Part shown: positions 1 through 24,625 of the stretch, in pieces | Numbering within the stretch: position 1 is the stretch's first letter | How the letters are laid out: every line of letters begins with the position of its first letter | Assembly: GCF_009914755.1 (NCBI RefSeq) | Contig: NC_060941.1 | Source: the human T2T-CHM13v2.0 reference genome, Homo sapiens | Direction: 5' to 3' (one strand) | DNA length: 64,000 nucleotides | Position numbers and translations under genes: made by a program | Notes under the pieces: generated by a model | Databases searched by the model: none | What the model was told of the DNA's origin: nothing | What the model saw: the letters and a program-made list of their open reading frames with translations, nothing else

Positions 1-267
1 TGCTCTGTCACCCAGGCTAGAGTACAGTGGCACAATCTCGGCTCACTGCAACCTCTGCCTCCCGATTCAAGCGATTCTCCTGCCTCAGCTTCCTGAGCAG
101 CTGGGACTACAGGTGCGCACCACCACACCTGGCTAATTTTTGTATTTTTAGTGGAGACAGGGTTTCACCATGTTGGTCAGGCTGGTCTCAAACTCCTGAT
201 CTCGTGATCCACCTGCCTCGGCCTCCTAAAGTACTGGGATTACAGGCGTGAGCCACCGCATCCAGCC
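1..267 (-). mobile_element. Alu (partial, cut by the window edge)
   Basis: Antisense Alu sequence ending gggattacaggcgtgagccaccgcatccagcc. Confidence 0.92.
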
Positions 268-365
268 TTGGATTGTTTTAAGTCACTAACTTTATGGTCA
301 TTTGTTCCAGCAGCAACAGGAAACTAATACAGCAGGTGATTTAATCTCCTTAAGACTTCATTGCT

Positions 366-677
366 AGGCCAGGCGCAGGGGCTCCTGTCCAGAATCCCAA
401 CACTTTGGGAGGCCAACACGGGAGGATTGGTTGAGCCCAGGAGTTTGAGACCAGCTGGGAAACATGGAGAAACCCTGTCTCTATAAAAAAAAAATATATA
501 TATATATACAAAAAATTAGCTGGGCATGGTGGCACACGCCTGTAGTCCCAGCTACTAGGAAGGCTGAGGTGGGAGGACTGCCTTGCTTAAGCCTTGAGGG
601 AGAGAGGTTGCAGTGAGCCAAGATTGTGCCACTGCACTCCAGCCTGGGTGACAGCCACACTCTGTCTCAAAAACAAA
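366..677 (+). mobile_element. Alu (diverged, AluJ-like)
   Basis: ggccaggcgcag...gcactccagcctgggtgacag...A tail. Confidence 0.9.
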
Positions 678-1078
678 AGGACTTCATTTCTAAAATTATT
701 ATTTAATAATTTTACCTGCTTACCAATGGAAGGCAAAGAGTAAATGATATCATCTTTGTAAAGTGGCTGTCCCAGTCCTTGGCACATAAATGCTCAGTCA
801 TGACGAGTATCCAATGACAATTGCACAAGCAGGAAAAATTATGTTTACAAGGAAGTATACTTATATGAGGACATGCTCCTAGTGTGCTGATGCCGATGGA
901 AGAAATTATAAAGATTGTATACATATATCGCCTATGTAAAAATGCAAAAAGAACAATTATATAAGATATTAATATCGCCTTTTTTCTGGGTGATCTTTAT
1001 TCTATCTAAATTTTCGTGTATTATCTATGGAATGTTTTACTTTTTACTTTTTTTGTTGCTGTTATTAAGAGACAGGGA

Positions 1079-1571
<493 letters not shown>

Positions 1572-1574
1572 GAT

Positions 1575-3593
<2,019 letters not shown>

Positions 3594-3594
3594 A

Positions 3595-3942
3595 TATTAG
3601 TCCATTTTCATACTGCTATGAAGAGATACCTGAGACAGGGTAATTTATAAAGGAGAGAGGTTTAATGAACTCACAGTTCCACCTAGCTGGGGAGGCCTCA
3701 CAATCACGGTGGAAGGTGAAGGAGGAGCAAAGTCACGTCTTACATGGCAGCAGGCAGAGCGTGTGTGTAGGGGAACTCCCCTTTATAAAAACGTCAAATC
3801 CCGTGAGATTTATTCATGATCACAAGAACAGAATGGGAAAACCCCACCCCCATGATTCAATTACCTCCCACCGGGTCCCTCCCACGGCACGTGGAGATTA
3901 TGGGAGCTACAATTCAAGATGAGATTTGGCCACGCCATATCA
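3595..3942 (-). mobile_element. THE1-family (ERVL-MaLR) solo LTR
   Basis: Reverse complement of the THE1 5' end: ...tgggagctacaattcaagatgagatttgg...ccatatca. Confidence 0.85.
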
Positions 3943-4137
3943 ATATTCTAAGGGCTGGTTTGCCTGATGATGGTCCTCAGAGGTGATTTAAGGATCTCTT
4001 GTGGCTACAGGGAAGGAAAAATGGTTCCATGGAGTCATACACACGGACTCAGCACAGGGCCTGGCACACAGTGGGCACCAACAAATGTAAGCCATGTAGC
4101 GCAGCACAAAGCAGGGAGGAGGTGGGGACGGATCAAG

Positions 4138-5120
<983 letters not shown>

Positions 5121-5689
5121 ACGGGAATAGCCAGTGCCCCATCCTGCAAGTCTAGGAAATTAAGAATCTTCCACTCATTTAACACAATCCAAGCAGTGCT
5201 AGGCTCAGTGGCTGCTAAACTGTTTTCTGATCTTGCCCTCTGGAGAGGGTACAAATGACCCCCAAAGTGGCCACAAATTCTTCCAGATCCTGTATGGTCA
5301 CTCATTTGCTACTCCTCTGGTCAAGAGGTTGGAGTTTACCTCACATGGCTTCCATGCAACTTGCTGTGGCCCCTGGGACGTCAGCAAACATGGGACCCCA
5401 GCTTCCATTGGAACCACCGAAGAAAGGATCCACGCTGGCCTGCTGCAGACAGACAGCCCCGCCAACAACCAGCACCAAGCACCAGCCACGCAAGAAAGGC
5501 CATCCCAGGCCATCCCAGGCCATCCAGCCCCAGCCAAGCCGAAGCCATGTGAGTGACGCCGGCATGACCAGCAGGAGCACTGAGGAGCTGAGCCCAAGGA
5601 TGATCCGTCAGGCTAAGGTGTTCTCCCCGGCTAGGCCACAGCCCCCAGGTACTCAGGCAAACGCAAATCCAGTCGCTGCTGTGACTTGA

Positions 5690-5940
5690 GGTGAAGGAGC
5701 TTACCCCGAATAATCTGGGTGGGTCTGATCAATTCATTGAAAAGAAGCAACTCCGCCTGTGGACCGCAGCGCCAGCTCCTGTCTGAGTCGCCCCGGCTGC
5801 CTCTGAGGAAGGCTTGCTCTGCAGTTTGGGACTCGCCTCACCAGACCCCACCATCACATCAGCCAGTGCCTTCAGTAAATCTCTTTGAATGCTGATATTT
5901 CTATCTATTGGCTGTTTCTCTGGAGCACCCCGTGGTCTAG
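5690..5940 (+). mobile_element. MLT2-like (ERVL) LTR fragment
   Basis: ataatctgggtgggtctgatcaattcattgaa ... ctattggctgtttctctggag. Confidence 0.55.
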
Positions 5941-6275
5941 GTTGGGCTGGGGGTTCTGCTAGTACTTTTGTCATTCCCTTTGCTTTCCTGTGGCTGGAGA
6001 CTGTGCTTTGTCATCGTTGCTGGCCCAGTTCCTGCCCGCCCTTCTCCTCCAGGGCATCCTACAAATGTCCTGTGCCACCACCTCTCATAGCGCTGCCAGG
6101 AGCAGTGTGAGAAGGACTCATGACCACGCCTCAATCCTGAATTCCCCTCGCCCGTTCCTCTCTGGATGCAATCTCACTACTTTGTCTTACTTCCCCTGCT
6201 TCAGAGGGCTGAGATTCGCCATCCTGGGGGGCACATGTCCCCATAAGCAGCATTCACACAGGACAGGGGCCTCTA

Positions 6276-6796
<521 letters not shown>

Positions 6797-7045
6797 AAAA
6801 AGAAATATGAATGTGAGGTCAGTGGCAGCCTTTCCTGCTGATGCAGCAGGGACATGGAAAGTACAAGGTTTCAGCTTCAAGGAGGAATATCCTATAAACG
6901 TGCCTCAAAAGACAGTAGCCATCCCTGCCAGCATCAGGAGCCCATTCTTTCCAAATACACAGAGTCCAGCGAGGACACGCCAGGCCATAGGAGCTGAGGC
7001 TGCCAAAAACGCTTCTGTGCCTTGTGAGTTAAATTAACATCATTT

Positions 7046-7662
<617 letters not shown>

Positions 7663-7698
7663 TCACGGCAGCAGAAGCTAAACACTGGAAACAACTCA

Positions 7699-8144
<446 letters not shown>

Positions 8145-8359
8145 GGCCCGGCACAGTGCAGCCTGTGGTGGCGTGCCACCGTGCCTGTGATAGAAAGAAA
8201 CGAGCAGGAGGGCAGCTATGAGAAATGTTCTGAGGCCCCTTGCTAGGACAGGCACACCTCTGGAGGAGACAGCGTTTGCTGCCTGCAGAGTGGGGAACTA
8301 GGTTGCTGGGGACAGGGAAGGAGGAAGGCTTTTCAGTATATATCCTCCTGAACCTTTTT

Positions 8360-8665
8360 TATTGTTGTTGTTTATTTATTTTTTTCTGAGACAGAGTCTC
8401 GCTCTGTCGCCCAGGCTGGGGTGCAGTGACATGATCTCGGCTCACTGCAACCTCCGCCTCCCGGTTCAAACAATTCTCTGCCTCAGCCTCCTGAGTATCT
8501 GGGATAACAGGCACCCGCCACCACACCAGCTAGTTTTTGTATTTTTTAGTAGAGATGGGGTTTCACCATCCTGGCCAGGCTGGTCTTGAACTCCCGACCT
8601 CATGATCCACCTGCCTCGGCCTCCCAAAGTGCCGGGATTACAGGCGTGAGCCACTGCACCCAGCC
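8360..8665 (-). mobile_element. Alu with TSD cctcctgaac
   Basis: Antisense Alu flanked by cctcctgaac(c/g)ttttt. Confidence 0.9.
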
Positions 8666-9344
8666 CTCCTGAACGTTTTTATTTCATCACCTGGGCGTAC
8701 CCCACTCTCCTGGCTGAGTTGACAGCCACCAAGGTGGATGGTGGTGGAGGAGGCACAGCCTGACTGGTGAGGTGCCGCCCTGCCCCGGTGGGAGCCCAGC
8801 CTCAGACCCTCACTCACCTGGGGAACCTGGACACGCTCTGGGCTGCCCTCTTCTCACCTATAAAACAGGATTTCCCAGTCCCTTCTTCTAAACTTCCCTG
8901 ACTCCAATTGCAGTTCTTCTATTACTGAGAGTTTTGCCAACAACAGTGAGAGAAAGGGTCTTTTTTTTTTTTAATAGGAATTTCTTGGACAGATCTTTAC
9001 ACTTTCCCACCAAAAAGCAACAGGATCTCTCTCTCTTTTGTGTGTACATCAAACAACATTTCTGTGTTTGGGTTCTTTCAAACAAGAAGTAACTCATCTG
9101 AGGAAGGGAGTGAAATAGAACAAGCATTCGATTTAGAGGGGATCTTGCAATGCAGTTCTCCAATCTTTAAACCCACGGGTTGTTCCCAAAGGATTTATAG
9201 AGGATGCTGAGGCCACCAGCAGGAGAGAGGAACAACGGTTAACACACTCAGGAACTGTGCGCTTGTTCTCATCACTTAGAATCCCTGAACTATTTGTTTG
9301 TAAGTAAGGGTTTCACTCCTAGATTTTAGACCTTTGAAAGTGTA

Positions 9345-9680
9345 TGGTTTTGTTTGTTTGGTTTGGTTTTTTTTGTTTTGTTTTGCTTTGTTTTGCTTTT
9401 TGAGATGGAGTCTCGCTCTGTCGCCCAGACTGGAGTGCAGTGGTGCCATCTCGGCTCACTGCAACCTCCGCCTCCTGGGTTCAAGCAATTCTCTGCTTCA
9501 GCCTCCCGAGTAGCTGGGATTACAGGCACGCGCCACCACTCCCGGCTAATTTTTGTATTTTTAGTAGAGATCGGGTTTCACCATCTTAGCCAGGCTGGTC
9601 TTGAACTCCCAACCTTGTGATCCACCTGCCTCGGCCTCCCAAAGTGCTGGGATGACAGGCGTAAGTCACTGCACCTGGCC
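9345..9680 (-). mobile_element. Alu with a (TTTTG)n tail
   Basis: Antisense Alu consensus. Confidence 0.9.
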
Positions 9681-11499
9681 TGTTATTTTTTAAATTGTGA
9701 AAATACTGCATTTCACACTGGAAAATTACGCTCATAAAACCGTTTTGCACTGTAAAAATTCTGCACCCGGGAAAGGTCCTGGAAAAAGCCGAGGTGGCAT
9801 GCGCGCGGAACTGCCGGACCAGCTGAGCATCAGGTTGCTCAGACATCACTGGATCACTTGCACTTACTAGAGTTACTGAGAAGTGGGGACAGAGGCAACC
9901 CCATCTACCCGGGCTGTGACTGTGAATTGGTGCAGACCCTCGGAGGGCAGTTTGACAATAGCTAACTCAGAAAGGTAGAGCCATGTATCTTCTTTTGTTC
10001 CTTTCTCCCATAGAGAAGACATACCCTTTTAAGACAGCTCTGTGCATGCTATTCTGTAGATACGCTGGTACTTTGCACATGGGAAGACAAAGATGGTCAT
10101 TGCTGCACTGTTTTAATAGTAAGAAACTGGAATCAGGGACCGATCTGATTGCAAAATTAATAAATGACACTCTTTAAAATAAAAGCTTCATGTAATGGAG
10201 ACCTCCTGCAAGGGGACTGTCATCATAAATGAGCTCATTGTCCATTTCCCACCTCCTATAACTGTGTTCCTTAACCACCCCCTGCCTCCAGGATCGGGGC
10301 GGGGAAGGGGGGTGCCTCCAGCCTGAGCCTGTCTTTAGGTGTGCTGCAATGAGCTAGGTGGCCTGGTGGGTGAGGGTGAGTGGAGTCCGAGAAACATACG
10401 GGGTTGCTCCAGCCTTTGACCTTGGAAGGCCTCCTGAGAGCAGGCTCTCCACCACTTCCAGAACAGCCTGCCCATTTGCCCCTCCCAGGCCAACATGGGA
10501 AACAGCAGGCCCAGGCTCCACGGTCCTGTACCTGATACAGTTTGTATTCTCCTGCCTCATGTGCACAGCGAGGGATTGGGCAGGCTGCCCTTTGTAAGAA
10601 GTGTTCTAAACGCTGAGAGCCCTGGGCTGCCTCTGGCTTGTCCTGGGTCAGAATCCAGGGGCGGACATGTGCATCGTGTGCCCAGGGGTCCTTAGGCAAA
10701 CTGAAAGCTTGAGGGATCCTGCAAGTGCCTGAACTGTGCTTATTTTTACTTGAGTTCTGATACACAAACACGGTCTGTCCCGCATATGTAATATTCACAT
10801 ATTACATACACAGAAACGGCGTGACATTAACACAGCTAGCCTGTAAGTCACACCTTAGTCTTGCAAATGTGCAGAGGAGCTGGGGGCAAATTACGACATG
10901 AGATATTAAATGTGATGTAAATGTGTGATGTATTCTAAATCCTGAGTGTATCCCATGCAGACCGGCTGGTGGTGGTGTCTGGTTCCTCCTTTTAGCCAAC
11001 ACCGCTGATGGCAGTAGGGAGACAGTGCTTTTAGAAAATCTAAGAGCTGTTTGAAAGTATTTGGTTAAGAAGTAACTACTGTTACCTAGTTACAGCTGCC
11101 AAATCCAGGGTCACTGGATTGATCTCAATTCCTGACTTTTCCATTGACTTCAGAGTGAGACATTCTTTGCTTTGGCATCTGTAATTTTCGATCCACAAGC
11201 ATAGCGTGAAAATACTTATGCTTTCTTAGTAGCATTTCAGACACGAATAAGTTAATACTTGTCCTTATCACTTGCGTAGAAAGGAAATCAGTACTATACA
11301 AAGTCTGTACTCCCTGAATGTCTTCCTCTGTGCCTGGATTTTTAATATCTTTTTTGTATGTGTTTTAAACATTCTTGTATATAATTAAGCATAACTGTGA
11401 GTGTAGGTAAACTATTCATATTCCAGGATTAATTTATGTAACCGTATTACTTTCATTTAAAATATGTTTAAAGCAGATCCCTCTCATTCCTGTGGACCT

Positions 11500-11705
11500 G
11501 CAAAGTGTCCAGTACAGTGACCACCAGCTACATGTGGCTACTCCCACTGAAATGAATTAAAGTGAAATACAATTTAAAATTCGAGCCTTCAGTGGCACTA
11601 GCCACACTGCCAGTGCTCAGCAGTCCCAGGTGCCTAACGGCCACCACACTGGACGCAGTGGAGGGAGGCTCTGTCCATCCACTTCCATCACCCACAGATG
11701 GAGCT
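11500..11705. mobile_element. MER33/MER3-like hAT-Charlie DNA transposon remnant
   Basis: tgtccagtacag...ctacatgtggcta...cactagccaca...ctggacgcag internal inverted motifs. Confidence 0.6.
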
Positions 11706-14061
11706 GCTGCTACGGTCTTATACTACTGGATATCTAGTAGTGCCCACATGATAGTACATACTAACTATCTGTCGAATGAATAATACAATAATTAGTTTTA
11801 ACTTGTCTTAATAATTCTTAAAATGTGACAGTCAAAACGGAAGACGTCCGCTTGTTTTACACAGTTGGATTAGCTGGGGGTTATTCTTCCCTTCTGCCTA
11901 TTCCCAGCTTTGTTTTTAGGGAACGTGCCACAGATTTTGGATCACACGTTCACAGAATGTATCTGATTATTTCATTCTGGCCAAATCTGTCATATTTGTT
12001 TCTCCAAATGAATTATCTAAATATTATTTTACCCAAACTGTTTGCAGTTGGGTAGATGATGTACATGTTAAACCTTCCTGGACGCTGATTTATTTTTTTC
12101 AATGTGTTAGTATCAAATTCTAGCAAATTTATTTCTTAAGCAAAGAAATCATTCCCTTTTCAAAGCCTTCTTTTCTTTAAAAAGAAATCAAGCAAGTATC
12201 CCAGCATACCATGAGTCAAAGAGGAAACTGGAAACTTCCAGGGCAAAATCTTAGACCCAAGATGAATTCTGCAAGGAAACGTGATGTGAAACTGATCCAG
12301 CTATTTGTAGGATTACAATAAATACACCTTTGCCCTCAACTCCACAATTTACTGCCAAGCTGCACAAGACAGGGATACAAAAGGAGCCGGCGGAGACACT
12401 GTTAGCGGATCCCTTCACTCCAGAGGCCAGTTTTATCCCAACACAAGGATTCTTTACTGCCTCTGCCCCTGAGTAAACAAACACCTTCCCCCCAAGGACA
12501 TTTCCCTTTCTCCTGCCCTCTTTGCAAACAACATCTGAATTTGCACGTACTCTCCAGGAAATCAAATGAATGTAACCTATCTAACCAAAGAAACTGAAGA
12601 ACACGCCATAAATTGAAAGATCGGTTCCTACAGTTCAGTATTTTCTCCAGTAGGCCTTTCTGTAAAAACAAAAAAACACATTTCTCCTGCAGAACCCTTT
12701 ATAAATATGGTTTTGATGATCACAATTACATTGAGACAGTCTCCTACAACAAGAAACGACTTTTGGATCTGCTCAACAGAAAGAGAATTTTGCAGCTGTG
12801 TTCAAGGAAGCAAGAAAAGCAGAGAGTGAATTTTCATGGAGTTAGACTGCGTTGAGACGAATGAAGCTAAGGCTCAGGTCTCTTTCATTACGTGTTTGAC
12901 TTGTCCTGATTCAAAATCTAAATAACTTAAAGGGTGATTCTTCATGGAATTCGAATCTTAACACCGGAATAAAAGGGTAGCCTGCTGACGACGATCACAG
13001 GGAGGACAAGGGGTCACCCCCACTTTCATAACATGGCCTGACCCTTTTCTGCCGCGGACAATTGATCCGAAGGACGCCGGCTGCCCAGCCCTGGCGGGCC
13101 ACTACTGACCTAGTCCGAAGTTAGGAACAGCCTTGCAAACCGCCCCCTCCCCCTCCATTTCATCAAAATCGGGGAACAAATTCAGAAAAGGTGCAGCTGG
13201 TTTTCTCCCTACACGTGCCCTAAAACTCGGGGGCTGGATCCACTTTTCATAGCTGTTTAATAAGAACTCCGGGCAGTTCGTATTACTTCTTTCTCAGAGT
13301 GCTTGGTGGTTTAAGTTAAAGCATTTTCCTCTCTCGCCTTTGGGGGAAAAAGCCTCGGCTGCTGGGGTTTGTGGGCCCCTCCCCCGGACTTCGTCTTCCT
13401 TTCCTTCCCCAGCCCCCGACCCGTTTTGCTCTCGTCCAAAACAGAGCGACTCCCCCGCTGCCGAGGAAAAGCCAGTTCAAGAAGCCGGGGGAAGGGTGGG
13501 GCCCCGCGTGCCCCGGAGCAGCGCCCCTCGAAGGCGGGGGCAGGAAGCAGCCGCCGCGCCCCGTCCCGCTTCCCTCCCTTCGGGCCAGAACAATGGCTTT
13601 TTGCCCGGAAAACGGAGTTGGGAGCAAGGGCGGGCGCGCCCCGGGAATCACGCGGGACTCGGTGGGCGCCCCAGGCCCGAAGTCCCTAGGCACCTCCTCC
13701 CCCAGCCAGGGGCCCGCCCGCGCCCCCACCCCCGCCCCCGCCCCCGCCCGGGGCCCCGCGCGGGACCCCCCGCCGGAGCGCGAGGCCCAGCCCGCCGCGG
13801 ACAATGCGCGCCCCGCCCCGGACAATGCGCGCCCCGCCCCGCCCCGCACCCGCCCCCCCTCGCTGATTGGCCCGCACGGGATTTGGGCAGCGCGCGGGGG
13901 CGGGCGGCGGGCCGGGGCGCGGGCGCGGAGCGGCGGTGCGCGTGCGCGGGGCGGGCCGGCGCCGGGCGGGGGCGGTGCTTTGTGTGCTGCCGGCGGGGCG
14001 CGCGGCGGTGCGGGCGGGTGACTGGCGGCGGGCGCCGCGGTCGGGCTGGCTGCCGGGCAGC

Positions 14062-20867
<6,806 letters not shown>

Positions 20868-23810
20868 AGCCCCGGCGCCACCAGCTGCGCGGTCTTACTC
20901 CCCTTCCCTGCCTATGGTGTCGCTTGGCTAAGTGACTCCCAGCCCAAGCCCCCTCAAGAGTCTGGGTCGGGGGAGGAGGAGTGGGTGGCCTCCTTGATGG
21001 GCAGGCTTGGAAGGGACTTCTCCCGCACCCCACTCTGTCCCAGGACATAGGGCAGGGGGCCTCACTGCCTTGTTGGTCTCCACCTTGTTCCTACCTCTGC
21101 AGGCCTCTTTGCTCTCCCCTCTTGCCTCAGGAAACCCGGTGGCACCTGTGGCTCCAGGTGACTGTCTTGAACAGAGCGGGCTTCTTCATGGCTGCGTTGT
21201 TGCTGAGTTTGAACTGCTCCTCCCTGGCCTGCGTGACTGAATCACAGCTTTGGTCCCTGTCTTGCAGGGGCTGAGGTGTCAGGAGGGGACTTCTGGCCCA
21301 CCTTGCCTTCAGCCCTGGAGTGGGCAGAGAGTATTGTGGGGAGGCATGGCCAGTGGGACTAGTGTTCCCTCCATCTGGCCACAGCTTTTGGGAGATGGGG
21401 TGGGCAGGGGTGGTCCTGGCTGGCATTGCCTGAGCCGGCAGTGATGAAGTGGGGAGCTTGCCCTTGACAGGTGGGGGCTGGCTGGGGCCTTAATGTGAAA
21501 AGACAGTGGCAGGCAGCTGGAGTAGAGCGAGCCCAGCAGCCCTAAAAGGCTGCCTTCATGGCCATCTAGCCCCAGTTCAGGGCAGCATCCATAGCCCACA
21601 AGCCAGCGTGGGTGGGGCGGGGGTGGTCCCACAGCTGGGTTCCACCTGAAGAGCCTCCGTGCCTCGGAGCAGGAGAGGCAGGCTATGGCTGCCACCCTCC
21701 CTCCTGCCTGTGTCCCAGTGAGAACTGACCTGAGTCCCCTTCCAAACCCAGACCCACCTCCTGCCCCAGGCCCACTGAAGCATGTTCCATTTCTAAAAAG
21801 CCCAGAGTTCAGTGTGTCCCAAGGAAAACCCAAAGTGGAGGTGCTCAGGTCCAGGGGAGTCCAGTGGGCAGGACCCTTGGCAGGCAAGCCCCTCCCTTCA
21901 CTCCCAGGACCTACCTTCTGCTAGTAAAGGACTGGCTTCATTCTAATTATGGCCCACAGACTGCCCCGGAGACCTGGAGGACAGCAGTGCTGGCACTTGG
22001 GTGTCCATGGGCCCGTCTGCCGGCTCTGCCTGTGCTGCAAGTGTTGGCCGTGGGTCCAGCCAACAACTCCCTACGTCCTGTGTGGGGCCCTGCCCAAGTG
22101 GATGAGGCATTCCTTGAGGAGTATCATTTTCCCTGACAATCCCCATCACCTTTAGGGGTTCCCTGCTTGGCTCCTTTCCAGCTGAAAAACTAGACCTGTG
22201 CCATTGGGGAAGCTGGACAAAGTCTAGGGGGCCCGCCTGGTAGAGGGTCCCGGGAAGCTGGATCTGTCAGCCTCGGCCCTGAGGCCCCTGTTAACTCAAG
22301 ACTGTGAGCTGCCTCTAGGTGGTCACGTCTGGGAGCTAGCTTGTATGGCTTCTGACCAGTATCAGGATTTCTGTTCTGAGAGCAGCGTGGGCAGCAAGGC
22401 AGGGCAGCCCAGAGGTGGCAGCGGCAGGCAATCTGGTCACTAGGTCTTTGTGATGCCAAAAATAAAAGAGGGTGGGGTGGGTGCTTTCTGTTCCTCTGAT
22501 TGGATGGAGTCCGCCAGCAGGCATGGGGCTACATTCCAGTGCCTGACTATAGGGAGGCACTCCTGATTCCATGGAGCAGCCCGGACTTTGAGAATGGGCT
22601 CTGGTTTGCGGGGGGCAGGCGTACCAGACTGCAAGACCCCCCAGTACCTCACCGTGCCAAATAGGAAGAGGTGGCCTTGGTGTAGCCAAATGGATCTTTT
22701 TAACAGTGTGCCTTTGGGGAGGGACCCATGTCCATGGCTTCGTTGAGGGCCATCCATATGCCAGCTGGGGGCCAGCCCACAGTGGCCATATTGGCTGCAG
22801 CAGGAATGGTGCCCACCTCGGCGAATTGAAGGGCTAAGAGTCCCAGATAGCTAGGCCAGAGCTGGAAGCAGACAGTAAGGGGAAGAGCTGCTCCCACAGG
22901 AGAGGGAGAGATTCCAGCTCACTGCGCAGCCTGGGAGGAGGCGTGGATCCTGGCACGCTGAGCCTCAGGCACCAGCCTCCCTGTGCTCGACAGCAAAGTC
23001 TTGACTCCTTCCTGCTGAGCACTGTGCTACCTTCACTGCTCCAAAGCCAGACTAACAGCTCTCCAAGCCCTTGGGGTGACTCGGCTTCCAGGAGCTGTTG
23101 GAGAAATGAGGATGTCTGTCCCTGTCTGCCTGGGCAGGCCAGATTCCTCCCCAGCAGCCGGGTCTCTCCAGACCCTGATTCGGTGCCTTTCTGTTTACCA
23201 GCTACTTCAATCCCAAAGTTTGAATCTGCAGATACCTTACTCCCAGCCACTTTGCCTTCTTACTGTGTTGTGTGTTTTTCCTGGTGCTTCAAGAGCGTGT
23301 GCAGGGCAAGTGCCGTCACTGGGAACTGCACCAGATGCTCAGACTTGGTTGTCTTATGTTTACCAATAAATAAAAGTAGACTTTTTCTATTTTTATTTGC
23401 TGCTATTTGTGTGTGTGTTTGTGTTTGTGTAGCTAGGTATCTGGCACTTCTGACGATGCATTGTTGCTTTTTTCCCGAAGGTCCCGCAGGAACTGTGGCA
23501 ATGGTGTGTGTGTGAAATGGTGTGTTAACCGCGTTTTGTTTGCTCCTGTATTGAATAGGAAGCAGTGGCCAGTCTGTCTTCCTTAGAGATGTTAGCATAT
23601 TTTTATATGTATATATTTTGTACCAAAAAAGAGTGTTCCTTGTTTTGGTTACACTCGAAATTCTGACCTAGCTGGAGAGGGCTCTGGGCCGAGAGCTTTC
23701 ACTAAGGGGAGACTTCAGGGGAGGATCAAGCTTTGAACCAAAGCCAATCACTGGCTTGATTTGTGTTTTTTAATTAAAAAAAAAATCATTCATGTATGCC
23801 ACTTCTAATT
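20868..23810 (+). other. CBX2: CBX2 3' UTR with proximal AATAAA (23365-23374, two overlapping copies) and distal ATTAAA (23773-23778) poly(A) signals
   Basis: Follows the stop codon; each hexamer is followed by a U/GU-rich downstream element; exact end not determinable from sequence. Confidence 0.75.
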
Positions 23811-24416
23811 GCTTTCAACTATGGCTGTTTGCTTTCTTAAAAGAGAACAAAAGTAGATATGTTATTGCCCTAGGAAAGGATCTCTGTTGAAACAGGACAG
23901 CAGCCTAGGGCCCACATTTAATTAGGATCAACCAGTTTAAGGAAATGCTTCCCCCAAAAAGCCCCTGATGGTGTGGGGAAGGGGAATGGTGAGTTGGGAA
24001 CAGGTAGTGCCTACATGACCAGATTTTACTCAAGTGCATCTCATGATTCTGTGGGTTTTCTAGCATTTTTGGAAAACTAGCATAGGTTGCAGGGTTTTTT
24101 CTTCTTTTAGACTGATGTTAATTTATTTTGCAGGGGAAGGACAGCAAATGGCGTCAGAAGATTTTTGTCCTTTTGTTATCTCTTAGTATATCAATAAATT
24201 TTTAAAAAAAAAATTTGGCCTGATGTACATCATGAGTGATCCCTGGAAACACAGTAGACTCTGCTCTTTTCCTTTCTTGAGGCAAAATAATTCGTCTGGA
24301 CATAGGCCAAATACTTGGGGCACAGAAAAATCAAAGACTGGGAAAGGCCACTTGCAGAGGGTGCAGAAAAAGATATGTTTCCAAGCAAAGGATGGGTGTT
24401 TAAGAGTCCATATACC

Positions 24417-24625
24417 AGTGGCTCACAACAGAGAACAACTGGCATTCCAGGGAACACTTGCAGATCTGGAGATCTTGCTTGTCACGCTGTGGGGTGGATG
24501 CCACTTGCATCTAGTGGGTGGATACCAGGAGTGCTGCTAGACGTCCTGAGGTGCACAGAACAGTCTCCATGACAGAAAGAAATGATCCTTCCCAGCACGT
24601 CAGTAGTGCTGAGTTTGAGAGACTG
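24417..24625 (+). mobile_element. MER20 (hAT-Charlie) DNA transposon
   Basis: cagtggctcacaac...gcatctagtgggtggataccaggagtgctgcta...gtgctgagtttgagagactg resembles the MER20 consensus. Confidence 0.75.

Noticed and set aside
12230-12900. AT-rich segment with an 80-aa ORF upstream of CBX2 (possible old transposase or lncRNA exon)
   Set aside because: No recognisable homology by eye; needs a Dfam or BLASTX search
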